64,000 bases of DNA from Vitrella brassicaformis CCMP3155 (taxonomy: Eukaryota; Protista; Chromerida). The stretch spans positions 1 to 64,000 of the forward strand of contig CDMY01000472.1 in NCBI GenBank assembly GCA_001179505.1, read 5' to 3'. The position numbers and the translations under genes were made by a program. Position 1 is the first letter of the stretch, and every line of letters starts with the position of its first letter. Of the stretch, positions 1 to 12,159 are shown one piece after another. The notes under the pieces are model-generated. The model made no database searches. It had not been told where the DNA came from and was given only the letters and a program-made list of their open reading frames with translations.

Positions 1-208
1 CGGTGGTTACTGACGCTGATGAGGCGGCAGTGGGCAGCCGCTGACCCGGCCGCGAAGATGTGCTGCATCCTCGCGAAATCGAACTTCGAAATCTTGCGAG
101 CTGAAAGGAATCTGCGAGCTCAAAAGCAACCTGTGGAGCTTTGCCATCGAAAGCCCGGTTTCTTCCCGTCCGGGGGCCCTTTGATACATCTGTCTGAGTC
201 AGCTCCTG
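1..208 (+). repeat. Left copy of a near-perfect inverted repeat, truncated by the window start
   Basis: 1-208 matches the reverse complement of 8971-9178 with 3 substitutions. The ORF track shows the same thing (RAQKQPVEL..GGPLI vs RAEKQPAEL..GGSLI). Confidence 0.95.
94..102 (+). promoter_or_regulatory. TTGCGAGCT candidate upstream motif, with a second TGCGAGCT at 113-120
   Basis: About 110 bp upstream of ATG 211 on the same strand. The motif recurs upstream of other genes in the window. Confidence 0.35.
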
Positions 209-210
209 CC

Positions 211-1091
211 ATGGGGGACCCGCTCATATACTCCGACAACGTCTTCACCTTCCAAAAGGCCCTCTCATGCCTTCTCCTCATTGCCCTCGGAGCCGCTATG
301 TGGGCTGCCAAACTGAGCACTGTGAGCACTTCAAAGGCAGCACACGGATGCTGTCCTGCCATGGCGGCATTGCAAACCATTGTGTCGCATGCAGGTGCAA
401 GATGCCCTTGAGGAGATACTGGACGGTTTCGCCCAAGCCGTGGACAAAGCCCTGGCCTTGCTGTCCGTCGGGGTGCTTGTCAGCCTACTCAGGTCCATGG
501 TCACTTCCAAGAGGCTCGAGTTCGACCCGAGGGAAGGCCAAATGAGACAGAGGGTGAGACACAGCGATTGAGGTGCCGTGCCCTTCTCTATTACTAGTCG
601 AGCTGAGTCTCCTTTTGTGTGCAGGAGTGGCTGTGCGGGTGCTATCCCCGGAAGTGTGAAGAGACCGAGTTCGACGACATCAAAGAAGTGTTCATCCAGC
701 GGACACTCAAGAGCGAGCGGCAGGTGCTCTACGACATCGGACTTCACATCGACGGCGAGGGAGGCGGAAATACCATCTTGACGCCCAAACAATTCTTCCA
801 CGTCCGGGTGTGGGACGACGGCAGCGGGAAGCACATGCAGATCCCCAAGGACCTCCTCACCAAGGCCATCGCCATTTCCAATGTCACGCACACAGAGGAG
901 ACATCACCGTTCTGTGTCGGTTTCATTGTTGTCCACTTGTCATGCAGATGGTGGGCTGTTGGGGGAGCGTCACGTGCCACGACGTCAAGGTGAGCCGTGG
1001 CGGTCTGGGCCGCTCCGAGCAGCGCACTCAGTACCCTTTGGTGGAGGGGGGCGACATGAGAAGTGACCAGACACCCCTGCTGTCGGCCTAA
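211..1091 (+). CDS. Multi-exon hypothetical membrane protein with two N-terminal hydrophobic segments
   Basis: ATG at 211. GT-AG bounded exons translate as MGDPLIYSDNVFTFQKALSCLLLIALGAAMWAAKLST / VQDALEEILDGFAQAVDKALALLSVGVLVSLL.. / EWLCGCYPRKCEETEFDDIKEVFIQR.. / MVGCWG..PLLSA*. No family recognised. Confidence 0.65.
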
Positions 1092-2298
1092 ACCATAGAC
1101 AAGACACAACACAAGACACGGACTGCACCTTACCGGCAAGAGTGAGAGAGGGATACGAGAGAGAAACACCGCGTTTTCTTTCCTTTGATGTGGGAGGGGA
1201 CAATGTTAAAAGGAATGAATGCAATGCTGCTGCACGGACAAGAGATTGATTCAGATGAATGACACGTAGAAGGGGCCACCGTGGGGTTGCAAATACACAC
1301 ACACTCACAAGACACGCACACTACTGTTCCAACAGCTGGGCAAACAACTATGGCCGCATAGAGCTGTGTCTCCTTTGTCTCCTCTCGACGGCTGGGACGC
1401 AACGAAGTCAACGCCATAAGTGGACACACGATACGTCTGCCTTTCTGCCGGATTTACCTCTCCTCTGATCAGTTCGATGACCACTAGCCGGCCGTAGAGT
1501 TGCCGTCCACCCTAGGAAAGAGGCCTGGATGAATGAGGCTCATTGCAAGCTGCATCAAGCGGTACGTTGTCTGGAGTTCTCTTCCTGATGATTTCACCTC
1601 GGTGTTTTCTCTCACATGTAAGTCTCCTCCATTTTCTCCTCCGCACTCGTCATCCCGTCCGTGACCTCGACCAACTGTGTATACATAAAAGTTCTCGTCA
1701 AGATGCACGCTGAGAGCACCTAGCTGGGCCCACCTGCATGTGTCTCTTGTGGTGTGGCATCGAGTTGGTGTCCCTGTCGTGGCCATTCCCTGTGTCTCCA
1801 CCTAATTGACCAACCAAGCGGAGCAATCGCAGGATGTATCGAGCAGGCGAGAGACGCCGTGGATGCATCGATTCGACCTCACGGCGTGGAGTGGATGAAT
1901 GGATGTGCTATTGACTTGCCCGCCGCTGCCAAATTCCACCGACAGAGACACGTGTCATGCAATACACGTTGGTGGATGCTCTGGTCTAGTGATGCACCTG
2001 AAGGTTCATCTACGTGTGAGCTGCAGGAGGCTTGATGCCGCTCCCCAAGGCGCGAATGGGCCGCAGGCGACTTCGATCCCCTGTAATGCCCACACATACA
2101 ATGTCATACAATGTCGCGGACTGTTCGCGATCGGTCGACTTGACCTCGAATGAGTCCGATGTCCGAATCATGTACTGGTGGCGGTCAGCGGAGACTGCGG
2201 CCGGAGGGCTCCGGAGCTGGCCAGACCCTCTCAATCGAGATGGGAAAGGCCAGCGGACGTCGCGTGGGGAGCCGGGATGGGCGGGGGGGGGGGGGACA

Positions 2299-2598
2299 NN
2301 NNNNNNNNNNNNNNNNNNNNNNNNNNNNNNNNNNNNNNNNNNNNNNNNNNNNNNNNNNNNNNNNNNNNNNNNNNNNNNNNNNNNNNNNNNNNNNNNNNNN
2401 NNNNNNNNNNNNNNNNNNNNNNNNNNNNNNNNNNNNNNNNNNNNNNNNNNNNNNNNNNNNNNNNNNNNNNNNNNNNNNNNNNNNNNNNNNNNNNNNNNNN
2501 NNNNNNNNNNNNNNNNNNNNNNNNNNNNNNNNNNNNNNNNNNNNNNNNNNNNNNNNNNNNNNNNNNNNNNNNNNNNNNNNNNNNNNNNNNNNNNNNNN
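2299..2598. other. Assembly gap (300 N) flanked by G homopolymers
   Basis: Run of N in the sequence. Confidence 1.
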
Positions 2599-2714
2599 GG
2601 GGGGGGGGGGGGGGGGACACTTTGCATATTCCTGCAAACAGGGTACCAATCCGTCTTAGTCATCCTCCTATCACTCAGTCACCACAGCGGTCGTTGGCGG
2701 TTTTGAGTCTGTGT

Positions 2715-3345
2715 GGCAGGGGCTGTTGGCGTCCGAACCACACAGCACTATGTGGTGTGCCTACACCGCACCCCTATGGACAGCTCACTCAGTGCTCCCC
2801 CCAATACGTCTCTCAATCGAGAGTGTCGTACCCTGACTCATCACCACACACCATCCACACACAAAGTTGCCATGTGCTGCAGAGGGGGAAAGCAAATAGT
2901 GTCTGACACCCACTCTTGCGAGTCGGGGGGAGCACTTCGGTTTGGTCCAGACCAGGGCCGGCAATCACTGTCTCCATCGAGACGTGTGAAAGACGGCCCA
3001 GGGGCTGTTGGCGTCCGAGCCGGCCACGGCACACGGCCCTTGGCGGCTACACCTCACCCCCTACGATGATTGAAGATGGTCTTGACGGCGGATATTGGCG
3101 TCCCAACCCTTGCGAGGGCTACACCGCACCGCCCTTCTCGCCCGAGCCAACCACTGCCTCCATCGAGGCCTTGTGGCCCGCTAACACTACTGCAAGAACA
3201 ATTAAGGCCAAACGAGACACATACCAAAGGTGAAAGGTGTGCATGTCATTGAAGGCTGACCTGTGTTCAGCGGTCTACAGACTGGACGAGGGATGCCCCC
3301 ACCCAGCCAACACGGTCTCCACCGAGACATGTGAAGGCCAGGGCG
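2715..3345 (+). pseudogene. Degenerate coding-like segment with internal peptide repeats
   Basis: Recurring ggggctgttggcgtccga (about 2719 and 3001), ctacaccgcacc/ctacacctcacc (about 2761, 3048, 3119) and ctccatcgagac-like (about 2972, 3316). The reading frames are not continuous. Confidence 0.3.
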
Positions 3346-4045
3346 AGGTGTGAGGCTGTGTCTGTCTGCGGATGGCCGGGCAGAGGACGGACGGTGGCGG
3401 GATGCGGCTTGCCATCGTACACATGAGGTGGATTGGCAGTCCGAACCCCGACACGAGAGGCTGACAGCCAGCTCGTGCAGGGCTACCGCCGCTCCCCGCA
3501 CCCCGCACACTCGCCCCCTCCCCGACAAGCACGCCCTCCATCGGGTCTTGTGCCCCTCAGTTGAGATGGCCCGCATGCCCATGCGGAATGCATGCGGGAC
3601 GATAGGCAGACAACGAGACAGAAAGACACAGAAGGCAGGCAAGGCATGGGCAGGGTATGAACAGGGGCTATGGCAGGCTGGCCAATGGGAGAAAGGAAAG
3701 GCAGCCAGAAGTGATCGATGGATCGATCGATCGATGAATTGGGCAGGCAGGCAGGTGCATGGGTGGGCGCGGGAATGCGCAGAGAGTAGGCATGGCTGGC
3801 TGCAGGCTCCCGGCCGAGAAGGGCTGCTGCTGCCGGTCTGTCGTGCACCAAAGAGACGACTCACAGAATCGGGGGGGAAGGGGGGGTCAAAGTCGAGAGC
3901 GGTTTCAAAGTCGAGCTCGCAGCGGTTTCAGGGAGCACCCTAGGTGGCCTGACGGCCAAGTCCCCTGTCGGTCTGTCCAACATGAAACAGGCTAACATGC
4001 AAGCCGGACACGAAACACGCAAAGGTTGTGTGTTTCAAAGTCGAG

Positions 4046-4056
4046 AATTGCGAGCT
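4046..4056 (+). promoter_or_regulatory. AATTGCGAGCT candidate upstream motif
   Basis: Exact 11-mer about 95 bp upstream of the bestrophin ATG (4152). The same 11-mer occurs at 31342-31352 (-) and 63735-63745 (+). Confidence 0.4.
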
Positions 4057-4151
4057 CTGAAAGGTGACTGCGGAGAGATCTTGCCTCTTTCTTCCCGCTT
4101 GATGCATCCATCACCATGCTGCGAAGGACGACGTCGAGGACAGTCATCTAC

Positions 4152-6117
4152 ATGCCCACTCGGGGCCGTCATGGCAGGCGGAAAGCGCAGCTGATCCACT
4201 ACGACGAACGCGTCTTCAGGTCAGTGAGGACACAAGCAGATCTGACTGGATGCACCGAAGCTGATGGACTGACTTGGCTGTGTGTTGTGTGGTTGGTTCC
4301 ATTTCTGTCTGCAGCACGTGGCGCGTGTTTATGTACTGCACGGGGACGGTATTCTCGTCCAAGACGTTGTGGGCGTCGTGCTGTGTGTATTGGGGTCTCG
4401 CCCTGACCCTATGTGTCAGCCTGGCTTATTGGGAGCCGGAGGCCGAGCGGATCTCTCACGAGTCCTTCCAAAACATTGTCAACTACTTCGCGGTGAGTCA
4501 GTGAGTGCCCGGTGCCGACTCGACTCGCCAGCCGGGGATGGATGGATGCTTTGTGTGCAGACGATCATCGGTTTTTTGCTGGGTCTGTATCTGAGCACTG
4601 CGCTGTCCCGATGGTGGGCGGCGCGGCAGTGCATATCTGAGCTGTGGTGCTGGATTGCCAACCTAGTGGTCGTGGCATCGGTGCACCTCCCCGAAGACAT
4701 GAAGGAGGCCAAAGCCATGCTCCGCAGGCAGGCAGGCACTCACACCAGCACACACACAGGAGGCGTTGACACGCCCCTGTCTGTCTGCCTGTGTGTGTGT
4801 GTCTTGACTGACAGGTATGGTCTAGCCTCGTTTCATCTGACGTTCGATGCGGCCCGCGGCTCAGAGGACCTCAACGAGCTGATGGACAGGGGGCTGCTGA
4901 CCAAAGAGGAAGCGGCCATCCTCCAGAGAGGCAACGCAGCAAAGGCCGAGCTGGTGTGGGGATGGGTGCTCAAGGTCAGCCAGGCAAAGAAAGCTGCATA
5001 GTCGCGGCAGGATAAGATGGACGCCGAATGTACTCTCTCTGCGTGCGTGTGTATGTGTGTGACGGCATGGATGGATGCAGTTGTTTTCCCTTTTGGCGGA
5101 GAAGGGCCGGTTTGCCCATCCTGATATGGCCCTTGGCGTCGCACACAAGATCTCCCTCTCTGTAAGCCACTTACTGGTCAACACATACAATAAAGAGAGA
5201 CACACAGAGGGAGAGAGACATGGCGGATGTCTGTCTGTCTGTCTGTGTGCAGGCCCGGTCAGCCGTGAGCAACACGTGGACGTATGTGGACACGCAGCTG
5301 CCCTTCTCGTATGTGCACCTGCTGGGCATCCTGGTGCACATCAACTCGATCTTCGTGGGCCTGCTCTCGGGCATCGTACTGGGCAAGTGCACAGCTCGCG
5401 TGGCCGACAACGAACGCGCCCCTATGATGGGCTTCGCGCGCGACGAGTACACGACGCCCTTCGCGAGCCGAGCTGACGCGTGGAATGTCAGCCAGCTGCT
5501 CATTCAGCAGGTGGGCCGCTTGGCACACCCACATGATGTCTTCTCATGTGTGTATCGCTGTGTGTGGTGTGTGGTGTCCTGCGCACAGCTGCTGTTTCTG
5601 TTTACGATTCCTGTGTTTTATCACGGCTTGCTGCGTCTGGCCGAGCGCATCAGCAATCCTTTCGGGTATGACGAGACGGACTTCCCTAAGGAGCTGTATT
5701 GCCAGATGCTCGAGGAAGAGACCCTGGCCCTCCAATACGCCACCGAACACCCTCCACATGTAACTTGACCATGTCTGTCTGTCTGTCTGTCTGTCTGTCT
5801 GCACACACATGCAACTGATCGCCCCCCCCCCTCTCTCTCTCTCTGTGTGTGTGTGTGTGCGCGTGCCACAGTTGATTCGCAGGCTGGCTCAAGGTGACCC
5901 CTTCGAGGCTGCCGTGGCGGGTCTGCGGGAGCCGACAGTGGCGGGCGGGCTGCCGGAGGGGTGCAATGCCGACCTGCAGGACTGCTTCCGCGGCGATTAC
6001 GGTGGGCTGAATGATTCGCGTGGGTCGCCATCCGACACGCGGCTGCTGCTGGGAAGGGAGTCGATCACTCGGCAAGAGACGGAGGAGACACCGCTGCTGG
6101 GATGGGGAGTCGTGTGA
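4152..6117 (+). CDS. Bestrophin-family anion channel, about 8 exons
   Basis: Exons give FLLGLYLSTALSRWW, TQLPFSYVHLL and RISNPFGYDETDF. These match the bestrophin FLLGFYV..RWW, QxPLxYxQ and NPFGEDDDDF motifs. Introns are GT-AG. Confidence 0.88.
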
Positions 6118-7418
6118 GTGATCGGCTGGTGAACTGGGTGGGTGGGGGGGGGTGGCCTTTATGGGTGTGTGTCTGCGGACAGCCAGCCGGCTTGTCAGCA
6201 GGCCAGCCAGCCACCCAGCCAGTCAGTCAGTAGGGCATTCATTCATTTAAGTCAGTGCGGTGGGTGTGAGATAAACAGACAGACATCGCTGGCGCGAGCA
6301 GTAGAGACATACACACATGACCGTGGGCCGTGCCATGTGTCGAATATTCGACTTATGTGCGTACATTCTTTGGCACGTCACCCGCTCTCATCGGTCATCA
6401 GTCAGTCTTCTGCATGAGCAGAACGGCTGGCTGTTTGTGCTTAAGTAAAAGGCCGTTCGTCAACTGCACAAAGCCAAGCTCGACTTCGAGACTCAGCCAA
6501 CATGCTGTGGCAGCAATTGTGTTGGCCGTGTGCTTCTTCTCATCGGGTACATACCAATAGCAGTGGGTGCATGCCCAAGTATGTATGCGCACTGACGTAT
6601 GTATCGAATGGATGTCTTGCTGTGCAGGTGTCCTGTGCTGCCTGGCCCCAGCTGATGGAGTCTAAGTGCAGGAAGGATGTGCGGGACTAGGAAATGATGG
6701 ATGAACGGCCGAATACGTGTGGAGCGTCCCAAAGAGCCATTCGTAGAGGAATTGATGTGAATTGATTGACACGTACGAGTATGGTTGGTGTCAGTATGTC
6801 AGTATGTCAGTACGTAAAGCTGAGAGCACATCAGCGTAGTGACCTTCTCACTCGGTTTTGACAGCACGGCTCGTCATGGAAAAGAGGGCGTGCGACAGAC
6901 AGACACACAGACAGACAGACAGACAGACGGGCAGAGAGACATCATCACGTCGTGCAATGTCCTGTTGCTGCCACTCAGACTAACCAGAGGCACACAGCAC
7001 TGCTGGCAAGCACAAAAAACCAACAAACTAGTCGTGCTGACAGACAAAGCGATTCCCTCCCCAACCGCCCCCTAATCGCAGAGAGACAAGAACGCAGAAG
7101 ACAGAGAGAGAGAGGGGCTTGTCTTGACGTAGCCGACACACCCATAACGTACGTACGCACACCAAGCGCCTACAAGCGGCTCTTCGATTAAGTAGCCCAT
7201 GCATGGTTTGCACACATCTACATGCAATCACACGTCCACGCATACGCCACACGAATTAATATTGAACGTCAGAGCAGCCGAGTCATGTTTGTGTCACTGA
7301 CAACCGTGACTCGAGAGGAAAAAAGTCATGATGACCCCCGAGCGAGATCCAACGTTGATCACATGGACGGATGGGTGAGATCGACACACGAGGTAGAACA
7401 CAAGCAGCCGCCCCAGCA

Positions 7419-8709
7419 TCATGCTCCATCGGCATTCAAAAACAAGCCGGCGCGATGCCGCCGGATCAACGCCTCGATCAGGTGGTCAAGGCCTCCTCCA
7501 AAGTCGTAGCTGTTGGTCGCCACGAAGAGACCAAGCCCGATCTCCGGAGCGAGCAAGACGTACGTGACCCACAACCAGTCGGTTCCGTCATGCTCGAGCA
7601 CCCGACCTTTGGCCCATGTGCTCGAGCTCACACCCCAGCCCATAGAGTAGTCGGGCGACCCAGGTGGCGGCGAGTGCAGCTCGTCAAAGCTGTCGGCGCT
7701 CACGATACCGTCCTTTGCACCGGTGGCATTTGCGAGGTGTTCGACCATAAACTTTGCGTAGTCGGCCACGGAGCAGTGCACCGACCCCGCTGGCCCGATA
7801 GCTGGCGGGATATTACTAACCACGTCAGCGAGCGCAGGCGGAATGGCCGTCCAGTGACCCGGGACTCCCCAGTGACCCCACGGCTGGTCTCGACCCGAGC
7901 CGTCCGGCGCTCCGAAGCCACACGAGGCCATCCCCAGCGCCTCAAAAATCTCCACTCGAACGAACTCTTCCCACGACACTCTCGTCACTTCCTCCATCAT
8001 CACTCCCGCAACCACGTAGCCGGCATTGCTGTAATTATGCTCTCCCCGTGGACCCACAGGCGGCTCGGCGAGCAGCTCGGCCGCGTAGTCCCGTCGCTGC
8101 TCGATGATCGGAGTCGAATCAGTGAAGAGGGACGCCCAGGAGAAATGCTCAGTGAAGAGTTTTGTTGGGAGTCCGCCGGTGTGGTAGAGCAGCTCTCGCA
8201 GCGGGACGTCGACGTACTCGTCGCGCATCGAGGGCACCAGGTCGGGAAGGATCTCACCGATGGTCGCCTCCCACGACAGCAGTCCTCGGTCGACCAGCAC
8301 AGCGGCAAGGGTCGCTGTGATAGCCTTGCTGACGGAGTTGAGGAGCCACAGATCGTCGGTCTGCACTTGCTCCTCATACCCAATCGCACGCACGCCAGTT
8401 GCCGCCATCTCCACCACTTGTCCATTGTGCACCGAGACTGCGGCCAGTGCGGGGAGTTGCCGGCCGGTGCGAATCGCCTCCAGGACCGATTGCAGACCTC
8501 CGTCCCCCGCCACGCCGACATCGATATCTTGCGGCAGTCTTGACGCCGGGTCTGCGGCGAGTGCGGGTAGTTGCAGGCTGGTGCGGATCGCCTCCAGGAC
8601 CGATTGCAGACCTGCCACGCCGATATCTTCCGGGAGTCCTGACGCCAGGTCTGCGCTGGCACACAATAGGGCGGCGAAAACGAACGGGAGGGTGAATCGT
8701 TTCGCCATG
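7419..8709 (-). CDS. Secreted beta-lactamase-family (class C/AmpC-like) serine hydrolase with an intronless CDS
   Basis: Uninterrupted ORF. Likely start MAKRFTLPFVFAALLCASA (signal-peptide-like). Catalytic motifs: SxxK (NSVSK), YxN (YSNAGY), HxG-type (EHDGT). Also LLYHTGGL and IGPAGSVHCSVADYAKF. Confidence 0.92.
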
Positions 8710-8771
8710 GGTGGCAGATACAGATGGAATAGAGCAGGGGCCCAGATATCCCTAGGCCTGCGCGGAGAGCA

Positions 8772-8821
8772 CTGCAGCAAATACAGGTACGCAGTGCCCT
8801 GCCTGCCCCCCGCTCACGTAC
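8772..8821 (-). other. Putative 50-nt 5'-UTR intron of the beta-lactamase gene
   Basis: Minus strand reads cag|GTACGT...ttgctgcAG| upstream of ATG 8709. Confidence 0.45.
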
Positions 8822-8970
8822 CTGCTCAAGTCAGCTTCTGCAAGGGCATCTACTGGGCGGTGATCAGCGAGTAAAGGGATGAATGCAGAATCACGTCCTC
8901 CAGTAGCGGGAGTCGTTAGCGTACGTGCATTTGAATGTGCACCGCGCCAACCGGGCAGCCAGGGCAGACA

Positions 8971-9178
8971 CAGGAGCTGACTCAGACAGATGTATCAAAG
9001 AGCCCCCGGACGGGAAGAAACCGGGCTTTCGATGGCAAAGCTCCGCAGGTTGCTTTTCAGCTCGCAGATTCCTTTCAGCTCGCAAGATTTCGAAGTTCGA
9101 TTTCGCGAGGATGCAGCACATCTTCGCGGCCGGGTCAGCGGCTGCCCACTGCCGCCTCATCAGCGTCAGTAACCACCG
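8971..9178 (-). repeat. Right copy of the inverted repeat
   Basis: Reverse complement matches 1-208 (205/208 identical). Confidence 0.95.
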
Positions 9179-9896
9179 TGAGGGCCCATTTGCACCGTCA
9201 GCCCCACGCGTCAGGTTCGGCCTGCCTGCGCCCCAATCAGGACCGTTCCACCCCCACCTCCCCATCAGAGGGCCGCCATACGGCCATTTCACCGGTTTGC
9301 CGTGGCATCACGTCGGCCCCAACTCGCATCCTGAGGGCAGCAGGGCCAGCAGTAATGGGCAGCAGGACCATGTGACCACTCCCAAGCTCACGGACATGTC
9401 GGCCATGCATGGCAGCATCGTTCGTAACGGCAGCAGGATCATCCGCACACCGACACTTGTGCCGCTGGGGGATTGTGAGAGAGAGGGCCTGGCGCGGGGA
9501 CGGCTGGGCATCGTAAAGGGCAGCCACGCGCACACAAACAGAGCCAACAGGTCAGCCAGTCAGTGGATGGATGAAGACGCAGCATCAGGGAATGTACGGT
9601 ACTGTGTGGGTCATAATGCAGATTTGCAGTGCGTCATCGCCAATGGTGCCCCCCCACTTCAGGCATCTGGACCCTGCTCCAGCTCCAGGGTCTCGCATGC
9701 CTAGCCTGTGTCCCGAGAAGAAGGCCCCTGACAATACTATCAAGACCACCACACAGACGGTGAGACAGACAGACAGAGAGGCAGGTACGCACCCATGGCT
9801 GTGGCTGTGTGCGTGGGTGGGGCTTCTCGCTGACAGGTTGACCAGCGTGTCAGCACTGAGATCGCATCCTGCCTCGTCCACCCTGTCGTCGAAAGC

Positions 9897-12159
9897 ATGA
9901 GCCGTCTCGCCAGCCGCGCGACGCAATCGCAGCATCCCCCCACCGCCCAACCGCCCATCGATCCCACCACCACTATCACCACCACCACTGCCAAGGATAA
10001 GGTCATCTTCCTCGACTTGGACGACTCACTCATCCCCAGCCACTATGTGGAGTCGCTAGGCGTCCATCGGCTTCTCTGTGAGTACGTGGACAATGGCGGG
10101 GCCAGCGGCGGCCGGGCCACGTTCGGTGGGGGGCAGGGAGAGAGGGGGAGGGTGGATGAGATCATCAGGGTGTTCGAGGAGACTGGTAGGGAGGCGGCGA
10201 AGGTTGTCCAGACCTGCAAGGAGGCAGGCTGGGACCCCATCCTCATCATTAACGGCAGCCAACGATGGTCAGCTAACTGGTCCACCTTCCTCCCTGTTCA
10301 TGTCTCATTCTGTCCTGCCTCTGTGTGTGTATGTGTGCAGGCTGGACGCCACTCTGCAGCCCGGGGCATTCGAGCGGCTAAGCCGCGCTCTCGCGGATAA
10401 TAACGTGCCGGTGGTCAGCGCCCGCCAACGGGCGAGGGACAGGCTCATCCGCCCCCATATGGACGCCCCCACCCAGACAAAACACGACAAGGAGGGCCAC
10501 TAGGAGGTTTCGAAGGTAAACAAACGGGCCGGCACCGTAGTGAGCGTCAGTCGACAAATGCTTGGATGGATGGATGGATGGATGTCTGCAGACGATCGCT
10601 CTACTGGAGGAGGTGGGCAAGAGGCCCGGCATCACCCACGTGGCCACTGTGGGGGACAATGTGTGGGATCTCATGCCCGTGGATGAGATCAAGAGGTGAC
10701 AACATAACCAGAAGGAAGAGACAAACACAACTGTCTCTGCATGTCTCTCTGTCGCCTTTTTTGCAGACGGCGCCCTGAGGTTTCGGCATGCAAGATACGC
10801 ATGGCGCACCGACTAGGACCGACACCTTTCATCAACGTGAGCACCCCCTAACCCCACACCCCCATTCACCCGCTCACCACCATTGTTCTCATTGACTCCT
10901 CCGTGCCGTGCAGCAATTGCGCTGCCTCAACGAAGCCCTTTCCGCCATCTTATCAGCCACAGAGGAGGGACGCACACCCACAGACCACAATTATGTCCTG
11001 GTGCGCAGCTCATCCCTCTCTCACAGAGAGAGAGAGCAAAAGAACGGGTTTTTCTTTCTGTTGGCTTGGGTACGTCTCGCTCTGCAGAGGCCGGTGGGTC
11101 CTGGCTCGGGTGAGTTCGAGGCCCACCGAGAGGGTGATGGGGTCGCACCAGGCCATCAGGAATATGTTGCTCGCCTCCGAGAGCACCGACCAAACAGACT
11201 GGACTACAGGGTGAGTACTTGTAGGCCACTCACAACCAAAAGGGCCTTCACCTGTCTGTCTTTCTGTGTGTGTGTGTGTGTGTGTGCAGTGTCTCGACGA
11301 GTACATGGACCTCAACGCGCCGCCAGACCATCACCCCCTCCCCCCCACCGACACCCACAAGCCGCCCACATGCGGGAGGCTCGTCAAGAGAGCCCTCGCC
11401 ACCCACACCCACTTGAAGGATGTCAAGAGGCGGGTCGGCATGGCCCACGAGGACGACCAAGAATGGCGTCGCAGGGAGGCCGCCATCGACAAGGCCATCG
11501 ATACCCTCATCGGCCAAGAAGGGCCTGAGAGCCTCAGCGACCAGGGCCAGCGCGGAGGCACAAAGCTTGTGGGATTGGCTGGGGCGGGGAGTGGGGGTGC
11601 CGGTGGGGGCGGGTCGGCTCACCGCAGAGTCGGCATGTCCCGTGAAGACGCCGACAGACCCGCCGAGACCACCAAGGTGGCGACGGGCAGTGCCGTGCGC
11701 CCCCCTGGCTCTGTGGGGGTGCCTGTGTGCCACCCGATGGTGCACATGGGCATGCAGCAGCAGCAACACGCCCCACCCACAGCCACAGCCACAGCAAGGC
11801 TCGTGCCGCACAGAGGGACACTGGCCGCCGTGGGAAACAACACCAACTGGGTGAGGAAGAAAGACATACATTCCTTCATTGATATGAATGTGTGTGTCTG
11901 TCTGTGTCTTTGTGTCTCCTCTGTCGCTCCCTCAGGTGACGCCTTACGTAGTGATGCGGCCCCCAGCCGGCCTGCCTGTCTGGCCGCCCTTGGCGTGCCG
12001 CACACGGGAGCCGTGAGGGGCTGCCCGGGTGGGTGGGTGTGGGTTGATGTCGAGACGCGACACATACCAGGGGCGCCCGACAGGGTGCGTGTCTGTCGGT
12101 GGACGCTCAATGTATGCGACTGCTTAGCATTATCCTTTGTTGTGACCAAATTGGGCTGA
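9897..12159 (+). CDS. HAD-superfamily-like protein, multi-exon, 3' end uncertain
   Basis: KVIFLDLDDSLIP (motif I), ILIINGSQRW, VPVVSAR and VATVGDNVWD (motif IV), followed by a low-complexity C-terminal region. Confidence 0.7.

Noticed and set aside
1440-2290. Coding-like fragments on the minus strand
   Set aside because: Multiple stops in all frames and no recognisable motif.
2010-2906. ORFs spanning N runs (also 24015-24778 and 36923-37571)
   Set aside because: They are artefacts of translating through assembly gaps.
7371-8874. Long plus-strand ORFs (7371-8543, 8260-8874) opposite the beta-lactamase
   Set aside because: These are antisense shadows of a GC-rich CDS and have no motifs.
1-9178. 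Autonomous DNA transposon
   Set aside because: No transposase, integrase or RT motifs are seen between the inverted repeats, and the outer ends and TSDs cannot be seen. Kept only as a hypothesis.
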